From the NCBI GenBank assembly GCA_030679895.1, contig JAUXSN010000047.1, positions 1,328-65,327 on the forward strand: DNA of 64,000 bases. Direction: 5' to 3'. The position numbers and the translations under genes are program-made. The notes beneath the pieces are model-generated. The model made no database searches and was not told the DNA's origin. It saw nothing but the letters and a program-made list of their open reading frames with translations. Source of the DNA: Candidatus Moraniibacteriota bacterium (lineage in GTDB: Bacteria > Patescibacteriota > Minisyncoccia > Moranbacterales > UBA11712). This document shows positions 18,145-28,476 of the stretch, piece by piece; position 1 is the stretch's first letter; each line of letters opens with the position of its first letter.

Positions 18145-18868
18145 TTGTATTCACGATAATGAGCATTGTCATCTTAATATTTTTGCTTTCCGGAAGCGCC
18201 TCCGGACTAACGGACGGGCTGCCTGCTGAAAGAACTCCTCCTCCCGCCGCCACAGGCGGCTTGGACTTGTTGGCTTCCGTCAAATCCATATTATAAACCA
18301 GGATGAAATAGGGAAGATTTTCCATTTTATCAAGGAAATTTATCGCTGCCGGAAATGTCCCCGTGAGTTCCACGGAAAAACCGATATTTTTTTTGATGTT
18401 TCCGGCTGAATTTTGTTTCTCTTTTTCAGCCGCCTGATCCGCCGCCGCCTGTTCTTCTTTTGTTTTCGGTTTTGCCGCGTCCTCTTCATCGTTTTTCGCC
18501 GCTTTTTTCGGTTCCCCTATTTTCAGCTTATTGAGGTCGGCAGCTTCAATTTTGATCGAATTTGAAGTATCATCGGCTATCTCCTCAAGCGAACGGATAA
18601 AAGGCACAACATCATCTTTCTTGATCAGCATCTTATCCATTTCGCTCTTATTGTTTTCTATATCTTCAAGTTCTTTTTTGAGTTTGGAAATCTTATCTTT
18701 TTTTTCCTGCAGAACCAGCGACTCAAGCTTTTTTTCCTGAATAGTTTCGGCTTTTTCTCTTATCAGCTTCGTTTCATAAAAAAAAGTGAACCATCCGAGA
18801 GCGGCCACGGATAATGCCACTATGGCAATTGTTATGATTATTTTCTTGTCAGGCTTCTTAACCATCAA
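18131..18868 (-). CDS. PilO-like type IV pilus alignment protein
   Basis: TM plus coiled coil, ELTGTFPAAINFLDKMENLPY; follows pilM-pilN. Confidence 0.75.
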   Translation of the reverse strand: MMVKKPDKKIIITIAIVALSVAALGWFTFFYETKLIREKAETIQEKKLESLVLQEKKDKISKLKKELEDIENNKSEMDKMLIKKDDVVPFIRSLEEIADDTSNSIKIEAADLNKLKIGEPKKAAKNDEEDAAKPKTKEEQAAADQAAEKEKQNSAGNIKKNIGFSVELTGTFPAAINFLDKMENLPYFILVYNMDLTEANKSKPPVAAGGGVLSAGSPSVSPEALPESKNIKMTMLIIVNTNDGN

Positions 18869-18875
18869 AGGGAAA

Positions 18876-19418
18876 TTAATTTTGATTTAAGTATTTGCTG
18901 TCCACATCCATTTCGATCTCAAAATTGAAATCTTTTTTTGACACGAGATTGGAGTTTGGCGAATTGATGTTTTTGAAACCTTCCGCTTTCAGTCTCTCCT
19001 GAAAATCCAAAAAGGAAGGGTCTCTGTTTTTTGAAAATCCGTTCAGCTTAATATGCTCTTTTTCGACATGGATAATCGTTAAGCGCAGGTCGGAAGGAGC
19101 TATTTCGGATAATTTTTTCATCACTTTCGACCAATGCGGAACGCTGGATGATATTTTATTTATTTTCCGGGCGGACAAGTTCACCTCATTGAAAAATTTT
19201 TCCGTCTGTTTTATCTCCTTATCGGCATAGCCGCTATCCGTATCCTGGACGGAACGAGAGCCAATATCAAGAATAAGACGAGCAGAGAAAAGAACTGCGG
19301 CAAGAACCAGAAGAACAAAAACAAACGAAGCTCCGAAACGTCCGATTATCCCGACTATTTTATCTATTTCTCTTTTTTCTTTCTGCTCATCAGGCAGAAT
19401 ATTCACGTTAATCTTCAT
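18876..19418 (-). CDS. pilN: PilN-like protein
   Basis: INVNILP motif, TM, WSKVMKKLSEIAP; follows pilM. Confidence 0.8.
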   Translation of the reverse strand: MKINVNILPDEQKEKREIDKIVGIIGRFGASFVFVLLVLAAVLFSARLILDIGSRSVQDTDSGYADKEIKQTEKFFNEVNLSARKINKISSSVPHWSKVMKKLSEIAPSDLRLTIIHVEKEHIKLNGFSKNRDPSFLDFQERLKAEGFKNINSPNSNLVSKKDFNFEIEMDVDSKYLNQN

Positions 19419-20481
19419 AATCGAATCCTCTCATTGCTAAACCTATTGGAGTGGAAAAGGGAGACAAGTCTCCCGCGATATTTATGGCCGTATTTTGCTT
19501 GATTCCAAGGCCCATCTCCGGATTGCCTACGATAACCGTCTTCCCCAGCCGCAAAGAAAGATAATCCGCCAGTTCGCGCAGAAGTGATCCTCCTCCGGAA
19601 AGAACAATCCGCTCAACTTTTTCCTGAGCATTGATAGACTCCGAATAAAAACTGATTGATCTGTCTATTTCCACCGCTAAATTTTCAATTAGCGGATTAT
19701 AGATATTATACAGCATGTCATCCTTCTTCATTTTTCCCAAGCCGTATTTTCCTTTCAGCTCTTCCGCTTTTTCATAGCCGATTCCCAGACCCTTTTGCAA
19801 GGCGTCGGTGAAGGTTTTTCCGCAAAGCGGAATACTGGAAGAAAAATAAGGAATTTGATTTTTACAAATCGCGAGACTTGTCTTATCAGCGCCGATATCA
19901 GCGATCAGTATGGGCTCCTTGTTGCTCTCTTTGGAGGTTAGACTTCTGATCGTAGCTATAATATCAACCTCGACGGCCAATGTAATCAGTCCGGAAAGAG
20001 ATACGGCCTGATAATAACCGTCAACCACCTCCTTCGGAACGGCAACCACCAGCACATTATTATTTTTTTCGTTTGAATCAATAATTTGCCAATCCAAATA
20101 TACTTTATCGAGAGACACGGGAATGTTAGCTTCTGTCTCCCACTTCACCGCTTCCGCGGCTTCTTCCCGGGACATTTTGGGAATTTGAATGGTTCTGATA
20201 AAAGACTTGGTTTCGGGAACGGAAAAGACCACAAACTTCGTTTTGATCGGTTTTGGCCGGGATAGTTTCAGCAGTTCCCTTATCTCCTTTGCTAATTCTT
20301 CAGCCTGAACGACCTGCCCGTCTCGTATGATACCTTTCTTCAGGGGCCGAAGATTGCATGCCGCCATCGAAAAGCCGCTTTTGTTTTTTTTCAGCTGAAA
20401 AACCTTGATATAGCTATCTTCTATTTCAAGGCCAAAGCTTTTGGGCTTGATTCCCAGCAAGTTGTATGTCAATAAATTCAT
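19408..20481 (-). CDS. pilM: Type IV pilus assembly protein PilM
   Basis: FGLEIEDSYIK, WETEANIP, IADIGADKT and LSGGGS (actin-like); start at 20481. Confidence 0.92.
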   Translation of the reverse strand: MNLLTYNLLGIKPKSFGLEIEDSYIKVFQLKKNKSGFSMAACNLRPLKKGIIRDGQVVQAEELAKEIRELLKLSRPKPIKTKFVVFSVPETKSFIRTIQIPKMSREEAAEAVKWETEANIPVSLDKVYLDWQIIDSNEKNNNVLVVAVPKEVVDGYYQAVSLSGLITLAVEVDIIATIRSLTSKESNKEPILIADIGADKTSLAICKNQIPYFSSSIPLCGKTFTDALQKGLGIGYEKAEELKGKYGLGKMKKDDMLYNIYNPLIENLAVEIDRSISFYSESINAQEKVERIVLSGGGSLLRELADYLSLRLGKTVIVGNPEMGLGIKQNTAINIAGDLSPFSTPIGLAMRGFDYED

Positions 20482-20491
20482 AAAAATCCTC

Positions 20492-22003
20492 CTATAATTC
20501 TTCCCACAAATCAATTTGATATTTGTCCCCAGTTGGAAAAAACGGCGGGGGGTAATATAATAGGTTATTATCAAAAATTATATTGCGGTTGTCATATCCA
20601 GAAACCCACTCCCCGCTTCCGTTAACCCAGGAAAATCCATAGCGCCCATTGGTGATGAGCGCCCCGAAAACGGTGATGGTGTCCCTTTTATAGTATGTCG
20701 GTTCGCTACTGCTGTAATAATCCCTCCCAACTCTTCCCCTCCGCGCCAAAACCGCCGCATCAATTTCAAGATTGTCCTCACTGTAAAGGCCGACCGTCAC
20801 ATTGTCTTGCGCCAGAAGGCCAAGAATATCGCGGCCGTCTTTGTTAGTATACAATATATCGCTGTTGATATAAATATCTTTGTCATGTCCGGGCGGTTCC
20901 GGATCGCCAGGCACGTCTTCCATGAGATCAGCCGCGACAACGGTGAGATGCTCGTCGTCTATCATTCCCTCAACCCAAATATGATTCTCCACGAAAATGA
21001 GCCCGTTATCGGGAACATCGTATGTCACCGCCGGAGTTTCTTCTTCGATTTTGTAGCTCTTTGATCCGTAAGCAACCACCATTGAAACCGATAGCGTGTC
21101 GTTTCCTTCGCCGGGAACGGGATTGAAAATGATGTGGTATCCATTCACCTTTTTGTTTTCCGTCCAGCATTCCCAAACTTTCTTTCTGTTATGCGTCACC
21201 CAGTCACAAACTTGCATATCAGCTTTGTCTTGCCCGAGATAAAGTCCGCCCTCGCCCGGCGCGGAATAATCTTTCGCCAAATTCAGATTGGCAATCACGG
21301 AATTGAAACTTTTTTCCGAAACGGGAAATTTTTTTCCGGCGAGAAACCTTTCCGATTCCGGAGGATTGTTCGTCCAAACTCCATCGTGCCATCCTTTCAC
21401 GTCGTTGTCACTGCTATAGTATGTTTCCGGAAGAGCCGTCACCAGATGATGGGCAATGCCGTCAAACTGCACTCCGCCGTTTGAGTGAATCATGCCATAA
21501 ACTTCCGTTCCAACGCCGAACCTGATGTCGCTGTTTCCCAAAACGACGTATTCGCACCAAGCCGGCTTTCTGAAGCGGACTTGGATTGTTCTTTTTACGT
21601 TCGGGTATTTGTTTGTCCAGCCGGTTGACTTCGCAGTGATTATTGTTGAGCCAGTCGGCGGACGAGTGATTTCGAGTTTGTATTTTCCCAGCACTCCTCC
21701 TGAAGGATCTTTCACTTCCGCTTCATAGGGCTCCGTCACACCGATTGGATTTCCGCTTGTCCAAAACTCATCAACTTCGCGAGCCGTTTTTCCTTCAATT
21801 GTATGAGCCAAATACCAGCGATACCAGTATATTCCTTCTTCCGCCGCTCCGAAAGATTGCTCTTGGGCGCTCACTTTCCGGCTGTTTTTATCTTGAGAAG
21901 CCACAAAAGTAGCCAGCCCCAAAAGTACTGTCGCTCCGATAGCAGCGATAATGACAATAAAAATCAAAACCGAACCTTGACTTCCATATTTTTGATTTAA
22001 CAT
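20492..22003 (-). CDS. PilX-like minor pilin-associated large protein
   Basis: QGSVLIFIVII...AAEEGI N-terminus; IHSNGG; C-terminal YYPPPFFP. Confidence 0.75.
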   Translation of the reverse strand: MLNQKYGSQGSVLIFIVIIAAIGATVLLGLATFVASQDKNSRKVSAQEQSFGAAEEGIYWYRWYLAHTIEGKTAREVDEFWTSGNPIGVTEPYEAEVKDPSGGVLGKYKLEITRPPTGSTIITAKSTGWTNKYPNVKRTIQVRFRKPAWCEYVVLGNSDIRFGVGTEVYGMIHSNGGVQFDGIAHHLVTALPETYYSSDNDVKGWHDGVWTNNPPESERFLAGKKFPVSEKSFNSVIANLNLAKDYSAPGEGGLYLGQDKADMQVCDWVTHNRKKVWECWTENKKVNGYHIIFNPVPGEGNDTLSVSMVVAYGSKSYKIEEETPAVTYDVPDNGLIFVENHIWVEGMIDDEHLTVVAADLMEDVPGDPEPPGHDKDIYINSDILYTNKDGRDILGLLAQDNVTVGLYSEDNLEIDAAVLARRGRVGRDYYSSSEPTYYKRDTITVFGALITNGRYGFSWVNGSGEWVSGYDNRNIIFDNNLLYYPPPFFPTGDKYQIDLWEEL

Positions 22004-22006
22004 AAT

Positions 22007-22633
22007 TTACCAGTTATCTTTCAAATTCCTAAGCTCCACATACGATTCCAGCCGAACATTGTCGGGCGCGCGGAAAGGATCGAGATTATAATAAATATCA
22101 ATTTTAACGAGGCGTATGCCACTTATCGGTGAAACAGGAGTGGAAAGCGGATTGTTTATTTGGTCAACAGGATAATTCGTGTCGAAATAATAAAATAGCG
22201 GCTGCTCCGCGGTATTGATCACGTGTTCGGCTATGGTTACAACCGTCTGATCCCCCTCCGGATAGGAAGGAGGCGTGCCACTCGGCTCGGTGAGACCCTT
22301 TTTAATTTCTCCGTTTTCAAGAAAATAATGGATTCTTTCCGTTGTTTTATCTTTATCTGCATCGGTAAAAGCAGTGAAACTGAAATTGCCGGCCTCTTCA
22401 ATTGGATATGATCCCGCGTCGGACTGCCGAATTCCCCGCAGTTCCTCAAGCACAACCTTGAGGCTGTGCTGAACCGCATGAGTCGACATTCCCTGCTCCA
22501 TGGCAAACCCATAACGCTTGTAAACTTGCCCCAGAAGATAAGTCGATCCGAACATTATCAAAATAAAAACGAACATCGCAATCAGCATCTCGACAAGCGT
22601 CATTCCTTTTTTCCAGAAAAAATTTTTTTTCAT
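22007..22633 (-). CDS. Prepilin-type (N-methylation) minor pilin, PilW-like
   Basis: KKGMTLVEMLIAM class III signal. Confidence 0.88.
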   Translation of the reverse strand: MKKNFFWKKGMTLVEMLIAMFVFILIMFGSTYLLGQVYKRYGFAMEQGMSTHAVQHSLKVVLEELRGIRQSDAGSYPIEEAGNFSFTAFTDADKDKTTERIHYFLENGEIKKGLTEPSGTPPSYPEGDQTVVTIAEHVINTAEQPLFYYFDTNYPVDQINNPLSTPVSPISGIRLVKIDIYYNLDPFRAPDNVRLESYVELRNLKDNW

Positions 22634-22656
22634 CTGTTGTAAATCCGTGCTTAAGA

Positions 22657-24045
22657 TTATGGAACTGGCGTTAGGACCATTTCGATTTCTTTTTGGGTGA
22701 GTTGGTTGATTTCAATCGATCCGGAATAATTATCATAACCGCTGGCTGTCACTTCGATACTGTACGGTCCCGAGATCATTGCCACCGGCGGATCCAAATT
22801 CGGCGGGAAATAAACTCTTCCCGAGTTTCCCGTCGTGAGAGTTTGGTCAAAATCAGTTCCATTATAAACGCGAACGCTGGCCCCGCTAATCGGCTCATCG
22901 GTGATCGGATTTTTGACAGTGGCAATGAGAGAGTTGATACTGTTGTCTACAACAAGCAACGTCACCCCAAGACTTTGAACCGGCGAGAGAGAGAAATGAA
23001 GGAGCGGCGCCTCGGTTCCGATAAGAGTATATCCTGATTCAGTGAAATCAACCGTATAATTTCCAGGCGACATATTTTCCAGAACCAAGTTTCCACCGCT
23101 GTCGGTCGAAAGGTCTTGATCGCAATTGAAAACCGATTGCGAAGGAGTGTCTCTTGTCGTTCCGAGAATCCTTCCTCCCTTCAGATGAAAATGCATACTG
23201 GGAACCAAGTTGCTGTTGAGGTCTTCAGAGGTGATGGTTATTGTCCCAGTCTGGTCGGAAATGATGGATTTGCTACTCAAGCCTCCTTCCTCAACTGAAC
23301 CATGGATGTCCGTCGGATCATAGGCCGTCGCGGGATAAGGGGGCAGCGTGGAAACACTTTCATAAGAATCTTTAGAAGTGCTAATTTCATAATTTCGGTC
23401 GCCCGAGGGCATCCCAGCCAACAAAATGCTTCCCGTCGAATCAGTTTGCAGGGTGATATCAACTTGTGGGTTGGAATGACTGTTTACAATGTGCGCTTCG
23501 GTTCCTGATATTCCCTGGCCGGTGCTGTCGATCACATTTAAAACAAAAGTTCCTCCTCCGCTTTCGTTTTCAACGCCATTGGGAACAAAACGCGAAACAA
23601 GAACCACCCCTCTCCCAAATTTTATATCTCCCCAGGTCACTTCGATTCTCGCTTCTTTATAGTCTCTTGAAACCTTGTCATTGGGAGTTCCCCCTGCCAC
23701 TCCATCCAGAGAGTCATCAATATAGATTATTGTCGTTCGCACATTGAATTTTTGGTTGCTTTTCCAGACCGTTTCGTTTTGGGGCAGAACCCCGCTGGGA
23801 ACACCGTCTTGGGTGCCAATATCGCTGTAAGGCATATTACGAACAATTTCCATTTTTTCGTTGGCCAGTTCCGTAGCCGCTACCCGATGCTTGGATCGAG
23901 CTATCGATTTCAAACCTGCATTAAAGGAACCGTATATCGTTACGGTTACTATTGAAAAAATAAAAATCGCCGCAACAACCTCCAAAATCGAGAAGCCTTT
24001 TTTCCCAAAGTTTTGCGCTTTTAGCTTTAAGTTTTGAGTTTTCAT
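22657..24045 (-). CDS. Prepilin-type protein with C-terminal beta-sandwich (carboxypeptidase-regulatory-like) repeats
   Basis: KKGFSILEVVAAI; repeated ISGA/TDSTG/YxIxxSxxGY segments. Confidence 0.85.
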   Translation of the reverse strand: MKTQNLKLKAQNFGKKGFSILEVVAAIFIFSIVTVTIYGSFNAGLKSIARSKHRVAATELANEKMEIVRNMPYSDIGTQDGVPSGVLPQNETVWKSNQKFNVRTTIIYIDDSLDGVAGGTPNDKVSRDYKEARIEVTWGDIKFGRGVVLVSRFVPNGVENESGGGTFVLNVIDSTGQGISGTEAHIVNSHSNPQVDITLQTDSTGSILLAGMPSGDRNYEISTSKDSYESVSTLPPYPATAYDPTDIHGSVEEGGLSSKSIISDQTGTITITSEDLNSNLVPSMHFHLKGGRILGTTRDTPSQSVFNCDQDLSTDSGGNLVLENMSPGNYTVDFTESGYTLIGTEAPLLHFSLSPVQSLGVTLLVVDNSINSLIATVKNPITDEPISGASVRVYNGTDFDQTLTTGNSGRVYFPPNLDPPVAMISGPYSIEVTASGYDNYSGSIEINQLTQKEIEMVLTPVP

Positions 24046-24046
24046 A

Positions 24047-25261
24047 TCACATATTCTCCATTACCGAATACATCGGAAGAATCATTGAAATGGCAAAAAA
24101 ACCAACGGCGGAACCGATAATCACCATCAGCACCGGCTCGATGATCGAAGACAAGTTTTTTGTCACTTGATCGATTTCGTCTTCATAAAAATTGGCAAGA
24201 TTCACGAGAACCTCAACGGTTTTCCCCGTTTCTTCTCCCACTTCAACCATTTGTATGGTAAGAACCGGAAAAATTCTTGGATATTTCGTCAATTCCTCAT
24301 GAAGCGATTTCCCTTTTTGAACCTCCTCCCCAATTTGGCGGAAAGCTTTTTGATAAGCATTGTTGGAAAGAGTTCGGGATATTATTTTTAGGGACTCGAC
24401 AACAGACACCCCGCTTTTTGTAAGAGAACTATAGATTCTGGCAAAACGAGCATTGTTTACATTGATAACCACGCTTTTTATGACCGGGATATTGAAAAAT
24501 ATCAAGCCTGAAAACTTTTTTCCCGTTGACGTTTTGAAAAATATTATTAAAGCTATCGCCAATCCCAGCGTACCGAAAAGAACCATCCACTGATGGTTAG
24601 CCATATAATCGCTTGAAGCGATGATCATCCGGGTGGACCAGGGCAGGCCTGTTTTGATATCTGCAAAGATAGTCGTGAGTTTGGGTACCACATAGGTCAT
24701 CATGGCTATTCCGACTCCTATCATAACCAAAATTATAACCGAGGGATAATACATAGCCCCCCTTACTTTGCTTAATAGTTTGTGCTCTTTTTCCAGTTGG
24801 TCGGCAAGAAGCGCCATCACTTCTTCCATATTTCCCCCCATCTCCCCCACTCGAATCATATTTACGGAAAGCTCATCGAAAATCGGGTATTTCTCAAGGC
24901 TGTCGGCCAAATTAGTTCCTGTTTTAATGTCATTTTCCAATTCGACAAGGATTCGGCGGAATCTCTTGTTTTTTGTCTGGCTGCTGATCACCCGGAGCGA
25001 TTTCGGAAGAGAAAGGCCGGAAGAAAGCATCACCCCGAGATGGCGGGCAAACATCATTCTGTCCTTGAGCGAAACTCCGGAAAATATTTTAATCCACGAT
25101 GCTTTCTTGTTTTCCTTGGCTTCTTTTTTTTCCTCTATCGCCGTGACAAAAAAACCTTCCGATCGAAGAGCTTCGACTATTGATCGTTTATCTTTCCCTT
25201 CCAGCTCTCCTCTCCGCACATCTCCTTTGCTATTTTTGGAAACAAAAGCAAATTGTGGCAT
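24047..25261 (-). CDS. pilC: Type IV pilus platform protein PilC/GspF
   Basis: MIRVGEMGGN, AMYYP, VGEETGK and IIEPVLM motifs. Confidence 0.95.
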   Translation of the reverse strand: MPQFAFVSKNSKGDVRRGELEGKDKRSIVEALRSEGFFVTAIEEKKEAKENKKASWIKIFSGVSLKDRMMFARHLGVMLSSGLSLPKSLRVISSQTKNKRFRRILVELENDIKTGTNLADSLEKYPIFDELSVNMIRVGEMGGNMEEVMALLADQLEKEHKLLSKVRGAMYYPSVIILVMIGVGIAMMTYVVPKLTTIFADIKTGLPWSTRMIIASSDYMANHQWMVLFGTLGLAIALIIFFKTSTGKKFSGLIFFNIPVIKSVVINVNNARFARIYSSLTKSGVSVVESLKIISRTLSNNAYQKAFRQIGEEVQKGKSLHEELTKYPRIFPVLTIQMVEVGEETGKTVEVLVNLANFYEDEIDQVTKNLSSIIEPVLMVIIGSAVGFFAISMILPMYSVMENM

Positions 25262-25280
25262 AAATTTAGAATTGTGAATT

Positions 25281-27020
25281 TTAGTCTTTTGTCACTCTTA
25301 GTATCTCCTCAATCGAGGTGATCCCCTGAATGGCTTTTATTATACCATCCTCCATCATTTTTATCATTCCTTCTTTTTGCGCTTGCTGTTCGATTTCGTC
25401 GCTGGTCGCTTTTTTGGCAACCATCTGCGAAATCGTATCGTTCATTTCAAGAACTTCAAAGATTCCGACTCTTCCCTTATACCCTTCTTGCCGGCAGCGC
25501 GAACATCCTCCCGGGCGATAAAAAACGGCCTGCATCCAATCCCTTTTTTCCAGCAGCTTCTTGTCGAGCAGGTTATTCTTGGCCGCCAAATCAAAAATAT
25601 GGTCTAGATCAAGCTGTCCCTTGAGAGAATTAACAAGCTCTTCGTCAAGGTTGTAGGCTTGCCGGCAATCCGGACATAGTTTTCTGACCAGTCTTTGCGC
25701 CATAACGACATTTATCGTTGAGGCGACAAGAAATGCTTCCGCTCCCATGTCGAGAAGCCTTGGAATTGCTCCCGCCGCGCTGTTGGTGTGAAGCGTGGAA
25801 AGGACAAGATGGCCGGTCATAGCGGAATTAATGGCAATTTCCATTGTCTCTTTATCTCGAATTTCTCCGACCATAATAATATCCGGATCCTGGCGAAGAA
25901 GGGCTCTCAACCCCTGGGAAAAAGTAAGGCCGATCGTCGGGTTGACCTGGGTCTGATTAATTCTGAACATTTTATATTCAATCGGATCTTCCACGGTGGA
26001 AATATTGACTTGGGGCGTGTTCAAAATATCCATCATCGTATAGAGCGTTGTTGTTTTCCCTGAACCCGTCGGCCCGGTCACGAGAAGCATCCCGTTCGGT
26101 TTTTTTATGGCCTGATGAATAATCTCGAGCGGATTGCCCCATAAGCCCATTCCTTCAAGCGTGAGCCCCTTGGAAGATTCGTCGAGAAGGCGCATTACCA
26201 CCTTTTCGCCTGAATAAACGGGGAGGATCGAAACGCGAAAAGCCACGCGGCGATTATCCTGCTCGATCTTAAACCGGCCGTCTTGCGGCAATCGATGTTC
26301 ATCGAGCTTCAAATTTGATAATATTTTTATCCGGGCCACTATCCCGTCTATTACCGCCTTAGGAAGGGTCATGGCATCATGCAAGATTCCGTCAATCCGA
26401 TAGCGAACCCGGACCTCTTTTTCATCCGGTTCGATATGAATATCGCTTGCCTCCTGCAAAATGGCATGTTTGAGGAGAGTATCAACGATTCGGATGACCG
26501 GCAAATCCTGGGCCACTTTCTCAAGAGAGCCTTCACCCGAAACTTCTTGGGAATTTTTTTCAATAATATCTCCGAAATCAGCCTTAAGGCTTTGCTCATA
26601 CTGCTTAAGGGCATTGCCCATTCCTTCTTCCGTAGTGATACAGGGGGAAATCTTGAGGCCGGTCTTTTTTCGGATGAAATCAATCGTCTGCAAGTCCTCC
26701 GGATTTAGCATAGCCACCTTAAGCTCCGTTCCGGTTTTCTTGAAAGCTACTATTTGGTATTTTTTCGCGATCGGCTCCGGAATAATTTGAAGAATTTCTT
26801 TGGGAATGATTTCTTTTTCCAGATTTACAAAGGGTATTCCGAGAATATATGAGTACAGCTGACGAATCTGGTTATAATCCAAAAGTTTTTTTTCCACTAA
26901 AACATCGCCCAAGCGTTTTCCGGACTTGCCGCCTTCCGCTATAGCCTGATCAATTATTTCTTCATTCAGAAAACCCGCGTCCAGTATGAAACTTTTTAGC
27001 CTTTCGTTGTCGACTCTCAT
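25281..27020 (-). CDS. pilB: Type IV pilus extension ATPase PilB/GspE
   Basis: ASDIHIEP, GPTGSGKTTT, LRQDPDIIMVGEIRD, TLHTNSA and zinc-binding CxxC pairs. Confidence 0.95.
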   Translation of the reverse strand: MRVDNERLKSFILDAGFLNEEIIDQAIAEGGKSGKRLGDVLVEKKLLDYNQIRQLYSYILGIPFVNLEKEIIPKEILQIIPEPIAKKYQIVAFKKTGTELKVAMLNPEDLQTIDFIRKKTGLKISPCITTEEGMGNALKQYEQSLKADFGDIIEKNSQEVSGEGSLEKVAQDLPVIRIVDTLLKHAILQEASDIHIEPDEKEVRVRYRIDGILHDAMTLPKAVIDGIVARIKILSNLKLDEHRLPQDGRFKIEQDNRRVAFRVSILPVYSGEKVVMRLLDESSKGLTLEGMGLWGNPLEIIHQAIKKPNGMLLVTGPTGSGKTTTLYTMMDILNTPQVNISTVEDPIEYKMFRINQTQVNPTIGLTFSQGLRALLRQDPDIIMVGEIRDKETMEIAINSAMTGHLVLSTLHTNSAAGAIPRLLDMGAEAFLVASTINVVMAQRLVRKLCPDCRQAYNLDEELVNSLKGQLDLDHIFDLAAKNNLLDKKLLEKRDWMQAVFYRPGGCSRCRQEGYKGRVGIFEVLEMNDTISQMVAKKATSDEIEQQAQKEGMIKMMEDGIIKAIQGITSIEEILRVTKD

Positions 27021-27397
27021 TATTTTAAGTTTTCTTTTACTTTTTCCAGCACGTCCTTCAAGCTGAAATCTGACTTCACCATAAAAGTGGTCGCTCCAAG
27101 ATCGAGAGCCTTCTGGACGTTATCCACTTCCTCCAGGTTGGTAAGAATCAAGACCGGGGTATTTTTTTCCTCTCCCTTTTTAATTTCAGCCAGAACTTCA
27201 TAACCGTCTTTTTTAGGAAGTATTATGTCCAACAGAACCAGATCGGGTTTTTCATCCTTAATTTTTTGCAGCCCTTCTTCGCCGTCGAGAGCGCAGCTGG
27301 TTTCATAGCCCTCCTGGGCAAGCATTTCAGACAAAGCATTCTGCAAAGATTTGTCATCTTCGATTATGAGTATTTTTCTTTTCACTTGTTCGTTCAT
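27020..27397 (-). CDS. Single-domain response regulator
   Basis: ILIIEDD...PDLVLLDIILPKKDG; stop overlaps the pilB start. Confidence 0.93.
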   Translation of the reverse strand: MNEQVKRKILIIEDDKSLQNALSEMLAQEGYETSCALDGEEGLQKIKDEKPDLVLLDIILPKKDGYEVLAEIKKGEEKNTPVLILTNLEEVDNVQKALDLGATTFMVKSDFSLKDVLEKVKENLK

Positions 27398-27448
27398 GCG
27401 CTTATATTTATTGTTTATTGCTTATTGCTTTTCACGGCGCGTAAAAGG

Positions 27449-28408
27449 CTATCTGTCGACTATCGGCAAACTGACAAAGAAGGTCGATCCCTTATTCACT
27501 TCACTTTCAAACCAAATTTCCCCGCTGAAATTCTTGAGAATGGCCCTCACCAGATAAAGTCCCAGACCGACTCCTTCAGTTCGATATCTGGAAGCGTTAT
27601 CAGAACGAAAAAACTTTTCAAAAACCTGGCTATGCTGGTAGCGAGGGATTCCCGCTCCATGATCTTCGACGATAAACATAACTTTTTTCTTTTCCTTTTT
27701 CAATATGACATTAACTTCGCCGCCTTCTTCCGAATATTTAATGGCGTTTCCAATCAGGTTTTCCATCGCAATTTTCATCTTTTTTGGGTCAATAAAGACC
27801 CTCGGAAGCGGAGAACTGTCCCGAAGATTGACAATCACTTTTTTGGCTGCCTTAAGATATCCCAAATCTTCGATTACTTCTTGAGTCAGCTGGACAAGGC
27901 TCACCTTTTCTTTCACGAAAACGGACCGGCCCTGGTCAATGCGAATCACTTCCAAAAGATCATTGACGAGTTTGAGCATCCTCTCGTTCGACTTTTCGAT
28001 ATTTTTGAGAAATATGAGCTGTTTGGGAGTCAGCTTATTATCATCCCCCATACCCTTCTCCGTCTCCAGCACTTCAAGATTCCATTTAATGGCCGACAAA
28101 GGAGTGCAAAGCTGATGCGAGATAATTGAAATGAACTCGCTTTTCATGATGTTCGCTTCAGCGATTTTTTCCACCCCGCGAATAATAAAACCCCCGATTA
28201 TCATGATCAAAGCTGTCACTAAACTTACGCTTATGACAGTCACTGTTTCATCATCGTAGCGCCGGGCGATATAATTTGTGCCAATCATAGACGAAATGGT
28301 AATCATGGCCATTACCAAAAAAAGGAAGTTGGGGCACTGCCAAAGACCGAGTTTGTATCTTCGGCAAGAGGAAACGAAATCCAGCTCATCAATAAATTTT
28401 AAAAACAT
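27449..28408 (-). CDS. Sensor histidine kinase (2 TM, HisKA-HATPase)
   Basis: SHQLCTPL, NLIGNAIKYS, DHGAGI and GVGLGLY motifs. Confidence 0.93.
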   Translation of the reverse strand: MFLKFIDELDFVSSCRRYKLGLWQCPNFLFLVMAMITISSMIGTNYIARRYDDETVTVISVSLVTALIMIIGGFIIRGVEKIAEANIMKSEFISIISHQLCTPLSAIKWNLEVLETEKGMGDDNKLTPKQLIFLKNIEKSNERMLKLVNDLLEVIRIDQGRSVFVKEKVSLVQLTQEVIEDLGYLKAAKKVIVNLRDSSPLPRVFIDPKKMKIAMENLIGNAIKYSEEGGEVNVILKKEKKKVMFIVEDHGAGIPRYQHSQVFEKFFRSDNASRYRTEGVGLGLYLVRAILKNFSGEIWFESEVNKGSTFFVSLPIVDR

Positions 28409-28476
28409 TTTTTTGTTTTTTTATTATTAAGAAGTTTAAACAACCGAAGATTAGGCGCTTTTATTATATCACAATT

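Noticed and set aside
27266-28129. 287-aa plus-strand ORF
   Set aside because: Antisense shadow of the histidine kinase and receiver genes.
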